Assembly: GCA_043731805.1 (NCBI GenBank)
Contig: JAYTIO010000293.1
Coordinates: 1-42,130, forward strand
Direction of reading: 5' to 3'
From: Pedosphaera sp.
GTDB taxonomy: Bacteria; Verrucomicrobiota; Verrucomicrobiia; Limisphaerales; SXTU01
DNA length: 42,130 nt
The notes beneath the pieces are model-generated. The model made no database searches and was not told the origin of the DNA. It saw only the letters and a list, made by a program, of their open reading frames with translations. Position 1 is the first letter of the stretch. The number at the start of each line of letters is the position of its first letter. A program made the translations under genes and the position numbers. Shown here one piece after another: positions 1-7,978 of this stretch.

Positions 1-456
1 GATGACGCTGGTGAGGCCATCGCTGGCGAGCGCCTTCATGTTGTCGTCGTTCCACAGGCCGCCGTTGGTGCAAATCATCGGGTGGATGCCTTGCTCGGCC
101 GAGTAGCGGACCATCGCGCGCAGGTCGCGGTGCACCATCGGCTCGCCGCCCACGAAGAGCAGGTAGCCGATGTGGTTGCGCTTGGCGATGTCCACGACGT
201 CCTTGGCCTCTTGCAGCGTGACGCTCTTGCGTGCCTTGGGGTCGAACTGCGAGCGGGCGAAGCCGCAGAAGCCGCAGTCGGCGTTGCAGATGTTCGTGAT
301 GGCGAACTGGAGGTAGCCGGGGCCGCCGTGGTTCAGCACGTCCTTGAAGAGCTGCCAGCCGGAGGTCTTCGGGCGCGCGACGGGCTTGGAGAAGTCGGGG
401 GCGGGCGACCGAGTGGGCGCGGTGGCGACGGGTGATTCAGTGACGGCGGTGCTCAT
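1..456 (-). CDS. radical SAM domain protein, N-terminal 152 codons (3' end lies beyond the left window edge)
   Basis: Absent from the ORF track because it has no in-window stop. The reverse complement of 456..1 reads MSTAVTESP...YLQFAITNICNADCGFCGFARSQ...LLFVGGEPMV...ICTNGG. It has a CxxxCxxC cluster motif (CNADCGFC) and a downstream GGEP motif. The ATG is the complement of 454..456 and the frame stays open to base 1. Confidence 0.8.
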   Translation of the reverse strand, partial: MSTAVTESPVATAPTRSPAPDFSKPVARPKTSGWQLFKDVLNHGGPGYLQFAITNICNADCGFCGFARSQFDPKARKSVTLQEAKDVVDIAKRNHIGYLLFVGGEPMVHRDLRAMVRYSAEQGIHPMICTNGGLWNDDNMKALASDGLTSVI

Positions 457-546
457 TAAACGAGGGCTGGATAGTGGGGAGCGGGGGTTGGTCGGGCAAA
501 CTTTTCTTTGCGCCATCGGACCCGCTGGCTACGCTGCGCCCGCCTC

Positions 547-1086
547 ATGAAGAACATCGTCTATTTCGACCTCGAGACGCAGAAGTCCGCCGATGACGTG
601 GGCGGCTGGGGCAACATCCGCCGCATGGGCATGAGCATCGGCGTGACCTACAGCACGGCGGCGGGCGCGTATCGCATCTACGGCGAGCGCGAGGTGAACG
701 AACTCATCGAGGAGTTGCGCCGTGCGGACCTCGTGGTGGGGTTCAACACGGAGCGTTTCGACTTCGAGGTGTTGCAGGGCCACAACGAGTTCTTCGACTA
801 CAGCACCCAACTGCGCTCGCTCGACTTGCTCGTGGACTTGACGAAAACCCTGCCGCACCGCGTCTCGCTCGACGCCATCGCCACGGCGTCGCTCGGCGTG
901 GAGAAGACGGCGGACGGCTTGCAGGCGCTGCGGTGGTATAAGGAGGGCAAGCTCATGGAAATCGCCGAGTATTGCTGCTACGACGTGAAGGTAACGAAGC
1001 TGGTCCACGAGTTCGGCCAGGCGAACAAGCAGTTGTTCTACACGAACAAGTTCGGCGCGAAGCTCTCCGTGCCGGTGAAGTGGTGA
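547..1086 (+). CDS. RNase H-fold 3'-5' exonuclease (PolB-exo / YprB-like DEDDy type)
   Basis: Track ORF 508..1086. The internal ATG at 547 gives MKNIVYFDLET (Exo I), GFNTERFDFEVL (Exo II) and YCCYDVKVT (Y-x3-D, Exo III). The upstream extension starts at a TTG and is Arg-rich junk. Confidence 0.7.
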   Translation: MKNIVYFDLETQKSADDVGGWGNIRRMGMSIGVTYSTAAGAYRIYGEREVNELIEELRRADLVVGFNTERFDFEVLQGHNEFFDYSTQLRSLDLLVDLTKTLPHRVSLDAIATASLGVEKTADGLQALRWYKEGKLMEIAEYCCYDVKVTKLVHEFGQANKQLFYTNKFGAKLSVPVKW

Positions 1087-1093
1087 TCTCAAT

Positions 1094-1114
1094 GGAGCGC
1101 GGCCTTCAGGCCGC
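1094..1114. repeat. REP-like hairpin, family A (GGAGCGCGGC-N6-GCCGC)
   Basis: The sequence is ggagcgcggccttcaggccgc, with stem GCGGCC/GGCCGC and loop TTCA. It lies in the 57-bp spacer between the exonuclease gene and trmB. The same core recurs at 7773 and, inverted, at 7847. Confidence 0.5.
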
Positions 1115-1143
1115 TTCGATGTCCGTCCGCCAACGAGTTCCGT

Positions 1144-1800
1144 ATGTCTGATGACCTGACCACCTTGAAGCGGGCTGAAGCCCGCGCTACGCTCGCGCCG
1201 GAGGCCCCGCGTGCCTCGCTCCTGCACGAGTTTCGCACCATCCTCCAGCCGCTCACGCTCGCCGAGCACTTCCCCACGCCGCAGCCACTCGAAGTCGAGT
1301 TGGGCTGCGGCGACGGCTCGTTCATCGTCGAGTGGGCGCAGCGGAATCCGGGGCGGAACCTCCTCGGTGTCGAACGCTTGCTGGGCCGCATCCGCAAGCC
1401 GGACAAACGCGGTCGCCGCGCCGGCCTGACGAACCTCAACCTCGTGCGCATCGAGATTGGCTACTTCCTCGAATACCTCCTGCCACCCGCGAGCACCGAC
1501 GCCATCCACGTCTATTTCCCCGACCCTTGGCCAAAGGTGAAGCACGCGGGCAACCGCCTCATCAACGAGCGCTTCACCGCGCTGGCCCGCCGCGCGCTCA
1601 AGCCCGGCGGCGTGGTCCACCTGCGCACGGACCACGTGGATTACTTCGGCCAGATGCTCGCCGTCTTCCGCGCGGACAAATCGTTCGCTAAAGTGGAAAC
1701 GCCCGCTGACCTCGCTGCCGTGACGACGGACTTCGAGCGGGAGTTTAACGCGAAGGGGATTCCCACGAACCGCGCTTCGTGGTGTTTGAGACAGGACTGA
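1144..1800 (+). CDS. trmB: tRNA (guanine-N7)-methyltransferase
   Basis: 218 aa. It has a SAM-binding LEVELGCGDGSF motif and the TrmB signature IHVYFPDPWPKVKHAGNRLINERF. Confidence 0.9.
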   Translation: MSDDLTTLKRAEARATLAPEAPRASLLHEFRTILQPLTLAEHFPTPQPLEVELGCGDGSFIVEWAQRNPGRNLLGVERLLGRIRKPDKRGRRAGLTNLNLVRIEIGYFLEYLLPPASTDAIHVYFPDPWPKVKHAGNRLINERFTALARRALKPGGVVHLRTDHVDYFGQMLAVFRADKSFAKVETPADLAAVTTDFEREFNAKGIPTNRASWCLRQD

Positions 1801-1830
1801 GGCGGGCACGACTTGAACCTGACGCCGAGT

Positions 1831-2583
1831 TCAGGGCCAAGGCCCGGTGGTCGGCAGCGTGCTGTGCTGCATCATCCAGATGGCGTCCTCATTGTTGCTA
1901 AGGACTCCACCGACCGGTGCCGGCGACAGGTAATTCGAGGTGGCCCATTTGTGCGTCTCCGCGTGGCCGTCCGAGAAATTAAAGGCCGTGGCCTTGTTGT
2001 GATAAACCCCCGGAAAGTCCGTCACGTTGACGGCGGAGTAGGTGGTGGTGCAGTCCGACCGGAAGAAGCCGTCATTGATCGTCTGGCTGCGCTCGTCGAG
2101 GGTGACGAAGTATTGATCGGGCGTCATGATGTCCTCCCGGCGCAAGTAAGGCGCGAACCCGGCGAAGATGTAGTCACCTTGCGTGCCGCCCATGTGGTTG
2201 TTCATGGACACACTGCGGGCGTTCACGGACTTGTCGCCAGGACACTTGTAGAGCGCCTCGTTTTTTGTGAATGGCCACAGCAGCCCGGTGGTGATGCTGG
2301 TGCTGTCCGGGGCACTGGTCAGCACCCACTGGCGGCACTGGACGAGGCGATTGTCGTATTCCTCCGCATAGAACTGCCACATGAACTGGAACTGCCGCAT
2401 GTTGCTCATGCACTTGGTGCCGGTGGCCTTCTGCTGGGCCTTGCTCAAGGCGGGCAGCAGCATCCCGGCGAGAATCGCGATGATGGCGATGACGACGAGC
2501 AGTTCGATCAGAGTGAAGCCGTTCGGCTTTGCTCGGTTGGACCCAGGTAGGGTCGCGGGGGTGGGGGCTGGCTGGTTGTTCAT
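1831..2583 (-). CDS. prepilin-type N-terminal cleavage/methylation domain protein (pseudopilin-like, DUF1559/H-X9-DG-like)
   Basis: [32 protein letters not shown] is a class III signal, and the C-terminal [12 protein letters not shown] motif fits this family. I start it at the internal ATG (complement of 2581..2583, MNNQPAP...). The 330-aa track ORF would otherwise overlap the divergent gene starting at 2720. Confidence 0.85.
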   Translation of the reverse strand: MNNQPAPTPATLPGSNRAKPNGFTLIELLVVIAIIAILAGMLLPALSKAQQKATGTKCMSNMRQFQFMWQFYAEEYDNRLVQCRQWVLTSAPDSTSITTGLLWPFTKNEALYKCPGDKSVNARSVSMNNHMGGTQGDYIFAGFAPYLRREDIMTPDQYFVTLDERSQTINDGFFRSDCTTTYSAVNVTDFPGVYHNKATAFNFSDGHAETHKWATSNYLSPAPVGGVLSNNEDAIWMMQHSTLPTTGPWP

Positions 2584-2719
2584 GGCGATGAGTGGCTGCT
2601 GGGCCGACGCTACGCCGTCGCGCGCACGGGTCAAGCATGGGAGTCTGATAACGCAGGGCATCCCGACCACCGAGCTTCGTGGCGAATGACGGGGCGGTGA
2701 GCGGCTTCCAAGTGGGACG

Positions 2720-4645
2720 ATGAAGTCCTTGCTTCCACTGCTGTTGCTGGTGAGCGCGTTAGCCTCCGGCTCCTCGCCCGCTCCCGCCGCCGAGCCGTTC
2801 TGGTTCAACACCCTCATTGCCAACTGGACGGACTACGGCACCCCGGAATACTTGGACTTCGTGGGCGAGGCCAAGCCGCAGGTCGCGCAGGTCGGCTTCT
2901 ACGGCGTCACGTTTTACAGCGTGGCGCACACGCCGTTCGGCAAGGGCTACCCGGCGCACTTCCCCGTGCAGGGCACGAAGGAGTGCGGCGAGTTCTTCCG
3001 CAACCTCAACCTGGAAGTCCACGCGCGCGGCACCAAGGTCGTTGGCCACTTCAACACCACGTTCATCCTCGGCGACCCCGAGAAGCGCGCGGGCTTCTTC
3101 GACTGGTATCACAACGGCTGGGACACGAAGGCGCTTGGCCCGAAGCCCACGGCGAACCCGACCGAGATGCTGGCGGTGAACGCCGAGGGCAAGCTCATCA
3201 CCACCTCCAGCTACAAGATCGGCGGCTGGCCCGAGTATCACGGCTGCCTCAACAACCCGCTCTGGCGCGCCTGCCTCAAGGCGATGATGACCGACGCCAT
3301 CGCGCGCGGCGTGGACGGCCTCATCGCGAACTACTATTACCGCCGCGATTGCATGTGCACGCACTGCGTCGGCGGGTTCCGCGCGTGGCTGGGGACGAAC
3401 TACACGGCGGCGCAGGTGAAGGAGCAGTTCGCCATCGCGGACTTGAAAGCGCACGCGTTCAAGGAAATCCCCTCGTGGCACGACCCAAAGATGACTTCGC
3501 CCTACAAGCTCGCCGCGTTGAAGTGGACGCAGCTCTCACTCAAGGCCGCGTTCGACGATGTGTTCATCACGCACGGGCGCAAGCTCAAGCCGGACCTGAT
3601 GGTCGCGCAGTGGAATCACCTCGGCGGGTTCAACCAAATCAACGGCGACGAGCGCTGCCTGTTGCCCGGCGATGTCTGGGGCCGCGACGAAAGCTACCTC
3701 TGGTATAGCACCGGCAACGCGGCGTCGCAGACCGACCTCGCCAACGGCGACCTCGGTGACGGCACGCTGCAACTGCGCTACATCCGCGGCGCGTTCGGGC
3801 CGCGGCCGTTCGTGCTCGGCAAGTATGAGCAGACCCGCACGCGCGCGACCATCGCCGAGGGCATCGCCAACGGCGGCGCGGGGCTGGGCTTCTACGCGAG
3901 CTTCAAGAACCCGGCGGGCCGCGAAGCGATGACGACTTACTTCCGCTTCGCCCGTGAGCACCGGGACCTTTACGTCGGCGCGCAGCCGGCGGCCGAGCTG
4001 TTGCTCCTCTACCCGCGCAGCGCCGTGCAACGCGGCGATGTGGAACCGGTGGCGCGCTTCAAGGCCATCGGCAAGCAGCTCGCGCGGGAGGGCTACGCGT
4101 TCGACATCGTGCCGGACGACATCGTGACTGAGATGCAGATCGCCAGCCGACACGTCGTGGTCAGCACCAGCGCTGGTAGGGCCGACCTGCGGTCGGCCTT
4201 GTCCTCCAATTCAGAGCCAGGAGGCCGCGCGCAGCGCGGCCCTACCAGATTGGAAGTTGAAGTGATGCCCGCCGATGATTTAGTCGCTAAATGGCGGAAG
4301 GAATTTATCTCCGTCACCCGCCGCGAAGGCGCACCCACCGTCGTCACCTCCGTCCTCAGCCAGCCGAAGCGCCGCCTCATCCATCTCGTGAATTACAACC
4401 GCGAGGAGCCGCCGAAGACCGCCACGATGGGCCGTGGCCCACACGAAGAGAAACCCGTTGCCGTCGAGAACCTCACCATCCGGCTCGCGCTCCAGCCCGG
4501 CGAGCGGGTGAAGTCCATCCGCCTGCTTTCCCCGGACGCCGAGGTGAGCAGCGGTCCCGCTGGCTGGGTGCAGCGCAACCGCGAAGCGGTCTTCATCGTG
4601 CCACGGATGTTGATCTACACCGTCGCCGTGGCGGAGCTGGAATAG
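2720..4645 (+). CDS. secreted protein with GH42-like (beta-galactosidase-like) Cys-cluster motif; function uncertain
   Basis: Sec signal [17 protein letters not shown]. The motif [14 protein letters not shown] resembles the GH42 Zn-site/FRxWL segment (CxCxxC..FRxWL). The C-terminal region LIHLVNYN...VENLTIRL looks protein-like. The gene carries an in-frame palindromic insert at 4173..4248. Confidence 0.8.
   Translation: MKSLLPLLLLVSALASGSSPAPAAEPFWFNTLIANWTDYGTPEYLDFVGEAKPQVAQVGFYGVTFYSVAHTPFGKGYPAHFPVQGTKECGEFFRNLNLEVHARGTKVVGHFNTTFILGDPEKRAGFFDWYHNGWDTKALGPKPTANPTEMLAVNAEGKLITTSSYKIGGWPEYHGCLNNPLWRACLKAMMTDAIARGVDGLIANYYYRRDCMCTHCVGGFRAWLGTNYTAAQVKEQFAIADLKAHAFKEIPSWHDPKMTSPYKLAALKWTQLSLKAAFDDVFITHGRKLKPDLMVAQWNHLGGFNQINGDERCLLPGDVWGRDESYLWYSTGNAASQTDLANGDLGDGTLQLRYIRGAFGPRPFVLGKYEQTRTRATIAEGIANGGAGLGFYASFKNPAGREAMTTYFRFAREHRDLYVGAQPAAELLLLYPRSAVQRGDVEPVARFKAIGKQLAREGYAFDIVPDDIVTEMQIASRHVVVSTSAGRADLRSALSSNSEPGGRAQRGPTRLEVEVMPADDLVAKWRKEFISVTRREGAPTVVTSVLSQPKRRLIHLVNYNREEPPKTATMGRGPHEEKPVAVENLTIRLALQPGERVKSIRLLSPDAEVSSGPAGWVQRNREAVFIVPRMLIYTVAVAELE
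4173..4248. repeat. 76-bp REP/RPE-like double-hairpin palindromic element inside a CDS
   Basis: Perfect 11-bp terminal inverted repeat CTGGTAGGGCC / GGCCCTACCAG. There are two internal 8-bp-stem hairpins, GGCCGACC-tgc-GGTCGGCC (4180..4198) and GGCCGCGC-gca-GCGCGGCC (4223..4241). The arms are 20/24 identical, and the 4 differences form two compensatory base pairs. Confidence 0.7.
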
Positions 4646-4651
4646 GCGCGA

Positions 4652-4714
4652 CTGTAGCGGCGCTCGGTGAGCGCCGGCGTTGTAAAACCCGGCGGTCACA
4701 GACCGTCGCTACAG
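4652..4714. repeat. REP-like palindromic element (CTGTAGCG...CGCTACAG)
   Basis: It lies 7 nt after the stop of the 2720..4645 gene. The outer inverted repeat is ctgtagcggcgct / accgtcgctacag (11/13). An inner hairpin GGCGCTC-ggt-GAGCGCC sits at 4659..4675. The inner segment cggcgttgtaaaacccggc resembles the family B arm cggcgattgtaaatcgccggc. Confidence 0.6.
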
Positions 4715-4782
4715 CACGCCTGCCACTCTCGAAACGAACAATTGCTTGACGCCCCCCACCCTTACGCATTGCATTGCCGCCC

Positions 4783-5178
4783 ATGAAGAAATTGCTTTTC
4801 GGTCTGTGCGGAGCGGCAGTGCTGGCCTTGGCGGGCACGGGGTGCATCACCACCGTGGACGGCCACAAGTCGGCGGGCGTGCCCTTCCGCAAGGACTCCA
4901 TCGTCAGCCGCTACCAGATTCCGGTCGCGACGGTGTTTGACGCCGCGAAGGAAGTGCTCGCCGGCGAGAAGGGCGGCCTGGGCGTGCTGCAGGCCGAGAA
5001 CCGCGTCAACAACTCGCTCGTCGCCAAGGTCAACACCCGCATGGTCTATGTTAAGATCGCCGAGGTGGAGCCGAACATCACCGAAGTCGTCGTGCAGGTC
5101 CGCACGGACGCCGGCTGGCCGGACGTGGACTGGGCGGCGGAGATCGACAAGCAGATCGCGCTGCGCCTACGCCCGTGA
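4783..5178 (+). CDS. small lipoprotein (DUF3568-like)
   Basis: MKKLLFGLCGAAVLALAGTGC has a lipobox (LAGTGC). The protein is about 130 aa. A terminator hairpin follows directly. Confidence 0.8.
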   Translation: MKKLLFGLCGAAVLALAGTGCITTVDGHKSAGVPFRKDSIVSRYQIPVATVFDAAKEVLAGEKGGLGVLQAENRVNNSLVAKVNTRMVYVKIAEVEPNITEVVVQVRTDAGWPDVDWAAEIDKQIALRLRP

Positions 5179-5205
5179 GCCGCAGCTAGATTCCTTTCCG
5201 AACCG

Positions 5206-5240
5206 AAAGCCGAGGATCACTCCTCGGCTTTCTTCTTTTC
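5206..5240 (+). terminator. rho-independent terminator for the lipoprotein gene, overlapping the 3' end of the convergent gene
   Basis: AAAGCCGAGGA-tcac-TCCTCGGCTTT is a perfect 11-bp stem, followed by cttcttttc. The same bases encode the KKKAEE C-terminus of the minus-strand gene 5217..6365. Confidence 0.6.
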
Positions 5241-6365
5241 AAACTTGCTGACGGGCTGGAGGTAAAGCATCGCCGTGGCGGCGCGGTGTGCCGCCGCGCT
5301 GTTGGGGAACAGCTCCTGGATGCGCTTGAGCGTCGCGCGTCCGGCCTCCACGTCGTTGAACAATTTCACCTGCCAGTCGGCTATCTGGTGCAACCACCGC
5401 ACGACTTCCTGCTTGGGCTGGCCGGGCGTGGTGATGAGGATTTCCAGCTCCTGCAACCCGCGCTCGCAGAACTCGAACTGCTCGACATAGAGCCGCGCCA
5501 GCTCCTCGCGGGCGACCCAGTCGTTTGCATTCTTCGCCAACCGGTCGCGCAGCCGGCGCTCTTCGGCGTTGATGTCCGGCCTCTCCGGCGGGACGAACTT
5601 CTTGCGCCGCAGGCCGAGCTTGCGGTCGAACTCCGGCAGGGCGATGGGGCGGTGGTCATCCTCGCGCGCGAGCATCTCGGGCGTCGTGTGATTGGCGAGA
5701 CGCTGCTCCGCGTGGAGCGCCGCGTTGGTGCCGGCCAGCAGCGTGGTGATGCGCTCGAGGGCGAGCCGGGCCGACTCGCTGTCCCGGCCGAACTTGAGGT
5801 GCCAGTCGGCGGCGGTGTTGAGGGCGTAGGCGGTCTGGCCGGTCGTGAGATTTTTCAGTTGGAGCGCTTCCTCAATGACAGTGATCGCGCCCGGCAAATC
5901 CTCCGAGTGCTCGGCCAGCAGTGTGGCGAGCCGCATCCGCCCGTCGAAGTCCTCGGGGAACTTCTCCAGTTCGGCGCGCACGGCAGCGATGGCAGCGGGA
6001 AAGTCCCCCGCCATGCGCCGGGCCTCGGCGTGGGAGTAGTAGGGCTTGGGTTCGAGCGGGGTCTTGTCCTCGAAAAAGCCAGCGAGTTGGTTGCCGACCA
6101 GGCCGATGATCTCCTCCCGCCAGATCACGCCTAACGCCAGCGCGGAGGACATTCCGACCCCCAGTCCAAAGACGGCTCTCAATCCGCCTTGCCGAAACCA
6201 AGCCACGCCATATCGAACGAACAAGAAACCAACGAGCAGACTTGCCGAGAACTTGATGACGAAACCCCACGGCCCCGACTCGTCCTGCTGCAAGCGCCAC
6301 CAGATGAACCAGCCAAGGCCGGCCAGTCCGACAGTCCATTCCAGAATCTTGAGCGCGGTGTCCAT
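5217..6365 (-). CDS. membrane protein with cytoplasmic/periplasmic helical-repeat (TPR-like) domain
   Basis: 382 aa. The first ~95 residues contain three hydrophobic helices (GLAGLGWFIWW, LLVGFLFV, VFGLGVGMSSALALGVIW). The rest is alpha-helical repeat-like sequence. The frame has high GC3. Confidence 0.75.
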   Translation of the reverse strand: MDTALKILEWTVGLAGLGWFIWWRLQQDESGPWGFVIKFSASLLVGFLFVRYGVAWFRQGGLRAVFGLGVGMSSALALGVIWREEIIGLVGNQLAGFFEDKTPLEPKPYYSHAEARRMAGDFPAAIAAVRAELEKFPEDFDGRMRLATLLAEHSEDLPGAITVIEEALQLKNLTTGQTAYALNTAADWHLKFGRDSESARLALERITTLLAGTNAALHAEQRLANHTTPEMLAREDDHRPIALPEFDRKLGLRRKKFVPPERPDINAEERRLRDRLAKNANDWVAREELARLYVEQFEFCERGLQELEILITTPGQPKQEVVRWLHQIADWQVKLFNDVEAGRATLKRIQELFPNSAAAHRAATAMLYLQPVSKFEKKKAEE

Positions 6366-6471
6366 GTGGGCGGCGATGCGGCGAGTCTGCCCGTGACGCG
6401 TGGGTTGTCAAAGCCGCGCTGGCCGCCGGGAAAACTCTTCACCTTCCTCCGCCGCGCGCTATGCTCCCGCC

Positions 6472-7398
6472 ATGTTCAGCTTGAAATTCGTTCTGCCGCG
6501 TTGGGCGTGCGCGTTGAGCGCCCTCGCCTGCGTCACCACCGCGTTTGCCGCCACGCCTTCACTTCAGTTCACCCTGCAAAAACGCGTCGAGACCAAGCCC
6601 GGCTCCGGCGAGTTCCGCGTGACGACCACCGCCGAGGCGTGGAACCCCAAGCAGACCGCCATCATCGTCTGCGACATGTGGGACCTGCACCATTGCAAGA
6701 ACGCCGTCACCCGCGAAGGCGAGCTGGCCCCGCGTATGAACGACCTGCTGGAGAAGGCCCGCGCCCAAGGCGTCTTCATCATCCACGCGCCGAGCAGTTG
6801 CATGAAGCCCTACGAGGGCCACCCGGCGCGCGAGCGGGCCAAGGCTGCGCCGAAGGCGGCGAACCTGCCCGCTGAAATTGGCGCGTGGTGCAAACAGATC
6901 CCCGCCGAAGAGCAGGGCAAGTATCCGATTGACCAGACCGACGGCGGCGAGGACGACGATGCAGCGGAGCACGCCGCCTGGGCGGAGGAACTCAAGGCGA
7001 AGGGCCTGAACCCGCGCGCGCCGTGGACGCGGCAGATTGACGTGCTGAAGATTTACGACCACGACGCCATCAGCGACTCCGGCGTGGAGATTTGGAATCT
7101 GCTGGAGCAGCGCGGCATCGCGAACGTCATCCTCATGGGCGTCCATGTGAATATGTGCGTGGCGGGCCGGCCCTTCGGCCTGCGGCAGTTGGCGAAGAAC
7201 GGCAAACACGTGGTGCTCATGCGCGACTTCACCGACTCGATGTATAACCCCGCGCGCTGGCCGTTCGTGGACCACTTCCGCGGCACGGAGCTATTCATCG
7301 AGCACTTGGAAAAGTATGTCTGCCCGACCATCACGTCGGACCAACTGCTGGGCGGGAAGTCGTTCACTTTCAGCCGCGCGCCGCAGCGGAAGAACTGA
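6472..7398 (+). CDS. secreted isochorismatase-family cysteine hydrolase
   Basis: The internal ATG at 6472 gives the signal peptide MFSLKFVLPRWACALSALACVTTAFA. IIVCDMWDLHHC carries the catalytic Asp region and MGVHVNMCV the catalytic Cys motif. An acidic insert QTDGGEDDDAAEH is present. Confidence 0.8.
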   Translation: MFSLKFVLPRWACALSALACVTTAFAATPSLQFTLQKRVETKPGSGEFRVTTTAEAWNPKQTAIIVCDMWDLHHCKNAVTREGELAPRMNDLLEKARAQGVFIIHAPSSCMKPYEGHPARERAKAAPKAANLPAEIGAWCKQIPAEEQGKYPIDQTDGGEDDDAAEHAAWAEELKAKGLNPRAPWTRQIDVLKIYDHDAISDSGVEIWNLLEQRGIANVILMGVHVNMCVAGRPFGLRQLAKNGKHVVLMRDFTDSMYNPARWPFVDHFRGTELFIEHLEKYVCPTITSDQLLGGKSFTFSRAPQRKN

Positions 7399-7467
7399 GG
7401 GGACACCATTGCGGCGTGCAGCCGCTGCCGGCTCGGTCAACGCGGGCGCATGGCGCTCCTGCCGGCA

Positions 7468-7593
7468 TTACCAACTGGTCGCGAAGAAGACGAAGACCCC
7501 GATGACTGCGGCCACGCCGAGGAAGATTAGGATCCATGTCCCCATCCCGGAGCGCTCCTGATTGTTCGGGTCTTCAAAGGGCACGTTGGGCAT
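7468..7593 (-). CDS. candidate 41-aa single-pass membrane protein (below the ORF-track length cutoff)
   Basis: The reverse complement reads MPNVPFEDPNNQERSGMGTWILIFLGVAAVIGVFVFFATSW*. It contains one strongly hydrophobic helix. About 33 of 40 codons end in G/C, matching the genome's coding bias. No clear SD. Confidence 0.4.
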   Translation of the reverse strand: MPNVPFEDPNNQERSGMGTWILIFLGVAAVIGVFVFFATSW

Positions 7594-7629
7594 AATTGAC
7601 TTCAGCTTGTGACGAACTCGTTACTCAAA

Positions 7630-7755
7630 GGCCAACCGGCCAACCGACATTTGCCAGTGTCGAAAACCTGCCAGACGGACGACTGGCCAACAAGGCCAAA
7701 GACGGTTTCGGAGGGCGGCCGGGCGCATTTTGACCCCGTGGCTGAAGGAGGCCAA
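7630..7755. promoter_or_regulatory. cluster of five GGCCAA hexamers (two tandem doublets plus one singleton)
   Basis: ggccaaccggccaacc (7630..7645) is a perfect 8-bp tandem. ggccaacaaggccaaa lies at 7685..7700 and ggccaa at 7750..7755. All sit in the non-coding region upstream of the candidate small ORF (minus strand). Confidence 0.3.
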
Positions 7756-7772
7756 TGGGCCGCCGGTGTGGC

Positions 7773-7920
7773 AGGAGCGCGGCGTTTACGCCGCAGAGGA
7801 CTGGCCCTGTGAGGAGCGTTTGTATCACTAACTAACCCTCACCCTGCTGCGGCATGAATGCCGCGCTCCTCACCACAATGACAGGATTCGCCTAGGGCAG
7901 CCTCGCTCAATGCGAGCGGC
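7773..7920. repeat. BIME-like cluster of REP hairpins downstream of the DUF1549/DUF1553 gene
   Basis: aggagcgcggcgtttacgccgcag (7773..7796) and its inverted partner ctgcggcatgaatgccgcgctcct (7847..7870) differ only in the loop. gtgaggagcg (7809..7818) is the exact inverse of 7864..7873. A solo TAGGGC-plus-hairpin arm, tagggcagcctcgctcaatgcgagcggc, lies at 7893..7920. Confidence 0.6.
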
Positions 7921-7978
7921 GGCACGGAGGCAGGGTGAAGTCGCGTGTGGTGCGCGGGGCGAAGCGGCGGACAAGCCC

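Noticed and set aside
7685-7700. GGCCAA doublet read on the minus strand (TTGGCCTTGTTGGCC) as a sigma54 -24/-12 promoter.
   Set aside because: The GG-N10-GC spacing is not met and there is no TTGC -12 element.
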